Assembly: GCA_018675975.1 (NCBI GenBank)
Contig: JABGXB010000003.1
Span: 203,821-267,820 of the forward strand
Length of the DNA stretch: 64,000 nt
Direction: 5' to 3'
Source: Candidatus Woesearchaeota archaeon
Lineage (GTDB): Archaea; Nanobdellota; Nanobdellia; Woesearchaeales; JABGXB01
Made by a program: the position numbers and the translations under genes. Positions 58,406-64,000 of this stretch are shown piece by piece (the first letter of the stretch is position 1; every line of letters begins with the position of its first letter). A model generated the notes under the pieces. The model was not told where the DNA came from. It did no database searches and worked only from the letters and a program-made list of their open reading frames with translations.

Positions 58406-60424
58406 TTATTCTAAAGGAAGACCATCCCAACTCTTATACTCTTCAGTTTCATTTATACTTTTTGGAGTATTAAATGTAGTTGAACGTGAAGTAAATCTTT
58501 CCATTCCATAAGTAACCCAAGTATTTTTAGAATCAATATATTTTAAACCTGCATCAGCATTATCAATACTTCTCATTGGAGCATCAAAAGCTCTCCACAT
58601 ATTCATTTGTTGAGCGCTTAAATTACCAACTTTATCTTCATAAGCCTCTGTGTTTAAACTCAATGGACCCTTAGTTAAACCCTTTACAGCTTTAACAGCA
58701 TTTACAACTTGTAAAGTACCCTCTCCAATTGCAACATGAGTATGTCCATTAAAACCATCAACAATATGCATATTACCTATTACATCAGCCTCGGCTAATC
58801 TTTTAACTTGATCCATATACCAACGATCAAATCTTTTTTTATATGCCTCATCAGATTCATTTTTTTTAGGCTTAAAATGTGCACGCCACATACCTAAATG
58901 TTGAGTGTCCAAAGTAGATCTAATTGAATGAGAAGCAATTTTTGCAGCTTTAGATTCATTCATACCACCACCTTTTAATTTTTCAATTAATTTTTTTCTT
59001 GACGTCAAAACAAGATCTTTCATTTCTTCTAAATGAGAACCATATCCACCTTGTGGAAAAATATTTTCTGGCGCCATATAAATTGGACGTTCTAAAGCTT
59101 GACCCGAATCCATTTTTTCTTTAGTTTTTTTATATGCATAATAACCCAATTCACTAAGTGTTTCAGTAGCAGTATTAAAACCATGTTCTTGTACAGTTTC
59201 TAAATTATTAAATTGTTCAAATCTATTATGAGCCTCACGAATAGCCTGCTCCACTTGATCACCATGTAAAGAAATTGTACCATTTAATTTACTAAGTTCT
59301 CTTTTTAATTCCTCCGATTGCCAAATTTTAACTTCAGGATTTAACTGATCTTCAACTTTTAATGATTCAGATAATTGAGGATTATTTTTAGCACTTTCTT
59401 CAGCTTCTTCATACAAAGGAATTTGTTTTTTTAAAATGTCACGTCGCACTATCATCTGACGTAATTCATGATCATAACGCTCAACATTAGCTTTTGATGC
59501 CCTAAATTGAGGCTCAAATGCATCAATTAGCATTGCACGCTCAGGATTTATTCTATCCTCAGTAATTTCATATTCAGGCATATTAAAAATCTTTGAATAA
59601 TTATTTAAAACATCTTTATACTTTTTTTTAAATTTATCCTTATCTTTATCAGATTCATTCTCATACCAAAAAATATCTCTCTTTTCAATTTTTGGAACAA
59701 CATCATATTTCATTTCATCAGTTTTTCCATCTTTTAATGCTTCAGAATATTTATCTACCCATGATTTCCCATCATTTTTTATAACTTCAATTTTTTGATT
59801 TTTATCAAAATTTAGGGCAACTTTTCCATTTTTTTTATCAACAAAAATAATTCCCTCTCTATAATCTTCTTCGCCAGTTTTACCAGTTTCCAATAATGGA
59901 AAAAATTCCCCACCACCATGTTGTTTTTTTTCATGCCCAAAAGTTTTCCATGTTTTTCTTGGAAATTCATTAGTGTGAAAAACAATAGCACCACCTTGTA
60001 AATCTGCAGCCAAATCAACATGTTTTTTAATTTCTTGTTTTGTAAAATCTAATTGAGCTTCATTAAACCCTTTCTCACCACTCCATCCAGTAACATTCCC
60101 AACTTTTTCAGGTGGAACATGAATTGAATGAATTTTTGCATCATTTAATCTTAATAAATCACGAACTTGTTTTCTAGATTCAGTACCAATAGATTCAGTA
60201 CCAATACCAGGTTCACCAGAAGCTTGAGGAGTAAATTCAATAGAAGTCGTACCATTCCTCAATGCAGCACCTACAGAATTAATAATAGTTCCCTGACCTT
60301 TACCATCAACAATCGTTGAACCTAAATCTCTTGTGGTAAACATTGGAACTTCAATTAATTCTCTTTCTGGTTCCTCATAATCATACTTATCAGTACTTTG
60401 AGAAAAATAATTAATTCCTTTCAT
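58406..60424 (-). CDS. Xylose isomerase/AP endonuclease 2-like TIM barrel with large helical insertion
   Basis: SIHVP, VFHTNE, PENIFP, TLDTQH, HIVDG...H metal motifs; likely start MKGINY at 60424. Confidence 0.7.
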   Translation of the reverse strand: MKGINYFSQSTDKYDYEEPERELIEVPMFTTRDLGSTIVDGKGQGTIINSVGAALRNGTTSIEFTPQASGEPGIGTESIGTESRKQVRDLLRLNDAKIHSIHVPPEKVGNVTGWSGEKGFNEAQLDFTKQEIKKHVDLAADLQGGAIVFHTNEFPRKTWKTFGHEKKQHGGGEFFPLLETGKTGEEDYREGIIFVDKKNGKVALNFDKNQKIEVIKNDGKSWVDKYSEALKDGKTDEMKYDVVPKIEKRDIFWYENESDKDKDKFKKKYKDVLNNYSKIFNMPEYEITEDRINPERAMLIDAFEPQFRASKANVERYDHELRQMIVRRDILKKQIPLYEEAEESAKNNPQLSESLKVEDQLNPEVKIWQSEELKRELSKLNGTISLHGDQVEQAIREAHNRFEQFNNLETVQEHGFNTATETLSELGYYAYKKTKEKMDSGQALERPIYMAPENIFPQGGYGSHLEEMKDLVLTSRKKLIEKLKGGGMNESKAAKIASHSIRSTLDTQHLGMWRAHFKPKKNESDEAYKKRFDRWYMDQVKRLAEADVIGNMHIVDGFNGHTHVAIGEGTLQVVNAVKAVKGLTKGPLSLNTEAYEDKVGNLSAQQMNMWRAFDAPMRSIDNADAGLKYIDSKNTWVTYGMERFTSRSTTFNTPKSINETEEYKSWDGLPLE

Positions 60425-60599
60425 AAAACAATTAATGAATAGAAGTATAACTATACCATGCAAATAGATAACGTTTTTTTTTTAATATTGTTTATAAGTA
60501 ATCTTCTGGTTTAATCATAGTGAAACCTGTAGCTATCAATTATTTATATATTTCAAATATAATAACAATGATTATAAAAACAAAATAAATTTTCTATTT

Positions 60600-61271
60600 A
60601 TGATTTTAGGAATTGATGAAGCAGGAAGAGGTCCAGTAATTGGTCCAATGGTTATGGCAGGAATTTTAATTAATGAAAGTGATGAAATAAAACTAAAAGA
60701 ATTAGAAATAACTGATTCAAAATTAGTAAATAAAAAAAAAAGAAAAATTATTTATGACATTATAACAAAACAGTTTAAACATCAAATTGAATTAATAACG
60801 CCAGAACAAATTGATGATAAAAGTAAATATAATTTAAATGATTTAGAGGCAATCACAATTGCAAAACTAATTTATTCTTTAAAACCAACAATAGTTTATG
60901 CAGATTGTCCTTCAATTAATCCAAAATCATTTAATGAACAATTATTAAAAATTTTAAAAGAAATGTCAAAAGATGATAAAGATTTTTTAATTCCAAAAAT
61001 AGTTTGTGAACATAAAGCAGATATAAATTATATTTCAAGTTCTGCAGCTAGTATTCTTGCAAAAGTAAAAAGAGATGAAATAATTGAAGGCTATAAAAAA
61101 GAATATAATATAGATTGTGGTTCAGGTTACCCAGCAGACAAATATACTGTTGAGTTTTTAAAAAATAATATTAATGATCCTAAACTCAGAAAAATCATAA
61201 GAATGTCTTGGGGAACTTCTAAAAAATTATTAAATCCAGATAAAGAAATTCAAAACAAGTTAATTTTATAA
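60600..61271 (+). CDS. rnhB: Ribonuclease HII
   Basis: GIDEAGRGPVIGPM, DSK, HKAD, AASILAKV.RD, GSGYP; C-terminal PIP-like QNKL. Confidence 0.95.
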   Translation: MILGIDEAGRGPVIGPMVMAGILINESDEIKLKELEITDSKLVNKKKRKIIYDIITKQFKHQIELITPEQIDDKSKYNLNDLEAITIAKLIYSLKPTIVYADCPSINPKSFNEQLLKILKEMSKDDKDFLIPKIVCEHKADINYISSSAASILAKVKRDEIIEGYKKEYNIDCGSGYPADKYTVEFLKNNINDPKLRKIIRMSWGTSKKLLNPDKEIQNKLIL

Positions 61272-61293
61272 GATAAATTAACAAATAATAATT

Positions 61294-61995
61294 ATGGAAT
61301 TATTTTATTGGACTTTTCTTGCATTATTAATATACATTCTTATTGGACATATAACAAAACATATGAGAGTTTATTGTGATGATGGAAGTCATTGGGATAT
61401 ACATTTACATTCATTTGCAAGTGGAGTACTTTTTGCAGCATTATTTTTTAAATTCTTTTTTAAAATATATACAAATTCAAATGTAATATTAAACATTTTT
61501 ATTGCAATAATAACATTTACAATATTTTATGGATTAAATCATTTTTTAATATACCATAAATATACAATTAAAAAATTTCATAAAATTGCAGTAGAATTTA
61601 AAATATTAAGATTTTTATTAGATTTTTTCCAACATTTTGTAATAGGTGGGATTTTTGGACACATAGTTATTACTAATAATATTGATGCAATTTTTTTAAT
61701 AATACCATTATTATTTGTAAAATTAATTTCAAGTATTGAAAAAGCAGACATATTAATTAAAAATAAAAAAACAAAAGAAACATTTGAAGAATATTTTATG
61801 AGCTTTATTACATTAGCTGGATTTATTATAATCAGTCAAATTAATATTTTAGAAATTTATTTTTATTTTGCATTAGCTTTTGTAACGGGTGGAATATTTT
61901 ATTCTATAATTTCACAAATATTTTCTAAAAGAAAAGTAAATATATTTTATATGATTGTAGGAGAAATTATATACGCTTCATTAATGTTTATTTAA
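61294..61995 (+). CDS. Polytopic membrane protein, ZIP-transporter-like
   Basis: About 8 TMs; SFASGV, HFVIG, AFVTGGIFY resemble ZIP motifs. Confidence 0.5.
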   Translation: MELFYWTFLALLIYILIGHITKHMRVYCDDGSHWDIHLHSFASGVLFAALFFKFFFKIYTNSNVILNIFIAIITFTIFYGLNHFLIYHKYTIKKFHKIAVEFKILRFLLDFFQHFVIGGIFGHIVITNNIDAIFLIIPLLFVKLISSIEKADILIKNKKTKETFEEYFMSFITLAGFIIISQINILEIYFYFALAFVTGGIFYSIISQIFSKRKVNIFYMIVGEIIYASLMFI

Positions 61996-62040
61996 AAAAC
62001 TAATAATCATGTTTTTAAATAGAAAAAATGTCTGAAAAAT

Positions 62041-62754
62041 ATGAATATTTCACAAATTAATAAAACCATATATCAAGATAAAATTAATTCTGAAAGGTTA
62101 ACAAAAACTAATAAAAATAGATTTGATTTAATTAATAAAATTACTATTGAAACAATAAATAAGTTAAATGAAAATAATTTAAATATAGTTGATATTGGTT
62201 GTCGTGATTGTTCTTATTTTGATAATATAAGTAATATTAATACAAATAAATTAATTGGAATAGATAATGTAAAAAAATTCATTGAGCTTGGAAAGAAAAA
62301 AGGATATGATATTATAGAACATGATCTTGAAAAACCATTACCATTAAAAAATAAATCAATTGATATTATTAATTGTCAACAAGTAATTGAACATTTATTA
62401 GATACTCAAGAATTTATTAGAGAAATTCATAGAAAATTAAAAATGAATGGATATTTATTAATTGGAATACCTAATTTTAATAGTTTTGCAAGTAGAATAA
62501 GATTTTTGTTTGGATATAGGCCATTACAATACAGTCCAGTATTACAATGGTCCTTTGGCAATCACAAAAGTATGTTTAATTTAAATGATATTAAAAAATT
62601 ATTAATAGATAATAATTTTAAAATAGAAAAAATTTATGGACTTGATTTATTTTTATCTTTAAAAAAATATAATAAAGGAATTAATTTGAATTGGTTAGCA
62701 AAATTATTTCCAAGTTTAGCACAAAAAATAATTATTATTGCAAAAAAAGTTTAA
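62041..62754 (+). CDS. Class I SAM-dependent methyltransferase
   Basis: VDIGC, GID, DLEKPLP, VIEHL, GIPN. Confidence 0.85.
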   Translation: MNISQINKTIYQDKINSERLTKTNKNRFDLINKITIETINKLNENNLNIVDIGCRDCSYFDNISNINTNKLIGIDNVKKFIELGKKKGYDIIEHDLEKPLPLKNKSIDIINCQQVIEHLLDTQEFIREIHRKLKMNGYLLIGIPNFNSFASRIRFLFGYRPLQYSPVLQWSFGNHKSMFNLNDIKKLLIDNNFKIEKIYGLDLFLSLKKYNKGINLNWLAKLFPSLAQKIIIIAKKV

Positions 62755-63353
62755 TCTAATTTTTTACCCATTAAATAATTTGAAAATTCTATTGCTTTAT
62801 GGAAATCAGTTAAATTTAATCTACCTTTATTTGAAATCCATTGAATTTGTTCTCTTGGTAATAAGTTATTATAAAATAAATTTTCTAATTTATATTCATC
62901 TGGAATTTCAAAAGTTAATTCACTCAAACAAGACTTAGAAGCACTTCCATTCTTTTTATGTATACTCAAATAAATTTTATCATTAATTCTTGAAGCAACG
63001 TGAAAATACAATCCACTATCTTTTTTTATTGAAGTTCCAAAAGAAGCCCAAGTATCCCCTTTAAAAAATTCCGAATGTAATAATTGTGAATCGCCTTCAC
63101 ACTGATATATTTTGTAATGTTTTTCAACTTTGAAACTTTTAGCTTTACCAGCTAAAGTTGATTTTATTTTATAATGTAATTTATTTTTACTAAAACCACT
63201 ACATTCAGTAGCAAAAAAACCATAAAATTCTCTTGGTCTAAATAAAGTAGAAACAGTTTCTAATACTTCATCTAAACTTGGACGAGAATATGATTGATAA
63301 CCATTATTAGAATTGAAACTAAATTTACTTTTAAAATAATCTAATATTTCCAT
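62751..63353 (-). CDS. Hypothetical protein (probable paralog of 63407..64000)
   Basis: Shared KF..NS...RPSL and E....P..Y.L...F segments. Confidence 0.6.
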   Translation of the reverse strand: MEILDYFKSKFSFNSNNGYQSYSRPSLDEVLETVSTLFRPREFYGFFATECSGFSKNKLHYKIKSTLAGKAKSFKVEKHYKIYQCEGDSQLLHSEFFKGDTWASFGTSIKKDSGLYFHVASRINDKIYLSIHKKNGSASKSCLSELTFEIPDEYKLENLFYNNLLPREQIQWISNKGRLNLTDFHKAIEFSNYLMGKKLD

Positions 63354-63406
63354 AAGAACAAAGAATATTATGATTTTATAATGATTATTATAATAAAATA
63401 TAACAA

Positions 63407-64000
63407 TTAAAAAAATCTAATATCTCCAACTAAAAATAAACCAATACTATAAGACATTGTATTTTTTAATTCTTTTAAATCTTTAACTCTTGATTCTTTA
63501 AATCCATTTGGAATAGTATCAAAAACATAATCTAAACTATATCTTTTAGGTAAATTTAATTCAACAGTCATATTTTGATCAGGATTTAAATTACCTTTAC
63601 TAAATGGACTTTTAATTAAACTCATCTCAATTGTATCTTCTGTTCTTAATGCATAACTAATATTAATACAACCATCAGAAATAATTTGTTGTCCTATTAA
63701 AATCCAATCATTATTATTTACACAAAAATCAAGTCTATTAGGGGAAGTTTCTTCAGATTCTATACCAATAATTGTAGACTTTAAAAAGTTTAATTTTTCT
63801 AAATTATTTAAAAAACGACAATAATTCATATTTTGAGTAACCCTAAAATAATCATGAGATTCTGGAAAATAAACTTTTCTAAAATTATCATTAGCTTCAA
63901 AAACCTGTGTGCCCAAATTCTCTAAATAAATGTTTTCTAAACTTGGCCTATCTATAAATTTAGTTGAATTTAAAGCAAACTTTAATAATTGTTCAATCAT
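63407..64000 (-). CDS. Hypothetical protein (start at window edge)
   Basis: 197-aa ORF, ATG at 64000; may extend beyond the window. Confidence 0.6.
   Translation of the reverse strand: MIEQLLKFALNSTKFIDRPSLENIYLENLGTQVFEANDNFRKVYFPESHDYFRVTQNMNYCRFLNNLEKLNFLKSTIIGIESEETSPNRLDFCVNNNDWILIGQQIISDGCINISYALRTEDTIEMSLIKSPFSKGNLNPDQNMTVELNLPKRYSLDYVFDTIPNGFKESRVKDLKELKNTMSYSIGLFLVGDIRFF

Noticed and set aside
3104-62938. Short ORF-track entries nested in or antisense to real genes (e.g. 3104, 3825, 8289, 11683, 14485, 15038, 18341, 19769, 21484, 26740, 29208, 29676, 30669, 31339, 32709, 37039, 38088, 40390, 59812, 62738)
   Set aside because: They overlap well-supported genes and show no recognisable motifs
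1-64000. Alternative genetic code or programmed frameshifts
   Set aside because: Conserved genes are full length under the standard archaeal/bacterial code with dense coding; no split genes noticed

Overview
Very AT-rich chromosomal segment of a small-genome archaeon, most likely DPANN/Woesearchaeota-like. This is inferred from archaeal PCNA, aIF-2 gamma, aIF-1A, eS6, eL15, eL33, eL43, RpoP, Pcc1, prefoldin, CarS, class III signal-peptide pilins and many bacterial-type enzymes. The window holds about 70 CDS, 4 tRNAs (Cys, Arg, Pro, Gly), two toxin-antitoxin modules, several peptidases and nucleotide-metabolism genes (pyrD, 2x pyrE, pyrG, purA-like). I found no rRNA, CRISPR array, integrase, transposase or reverse transcriptase. 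Best leads: (1) tandem pyrE paralogs with complementary active-site lesions, suggesting an obligate heterodimer; (2) a secreted lytic-transglycosylase-like protein transcribed divergently from a pilin/membrane-protein cluster; (3) an unannotated ~130-nt structured RNA with its own TATA box upstream of pyrG; (4) a rearrangement hotspot near tRNA-Gly with permuted gene-end duplications around a TA module; (5) a PurA homolog lacking the catalytic His. All product calls are by-eye motif recognition; no searches were run.
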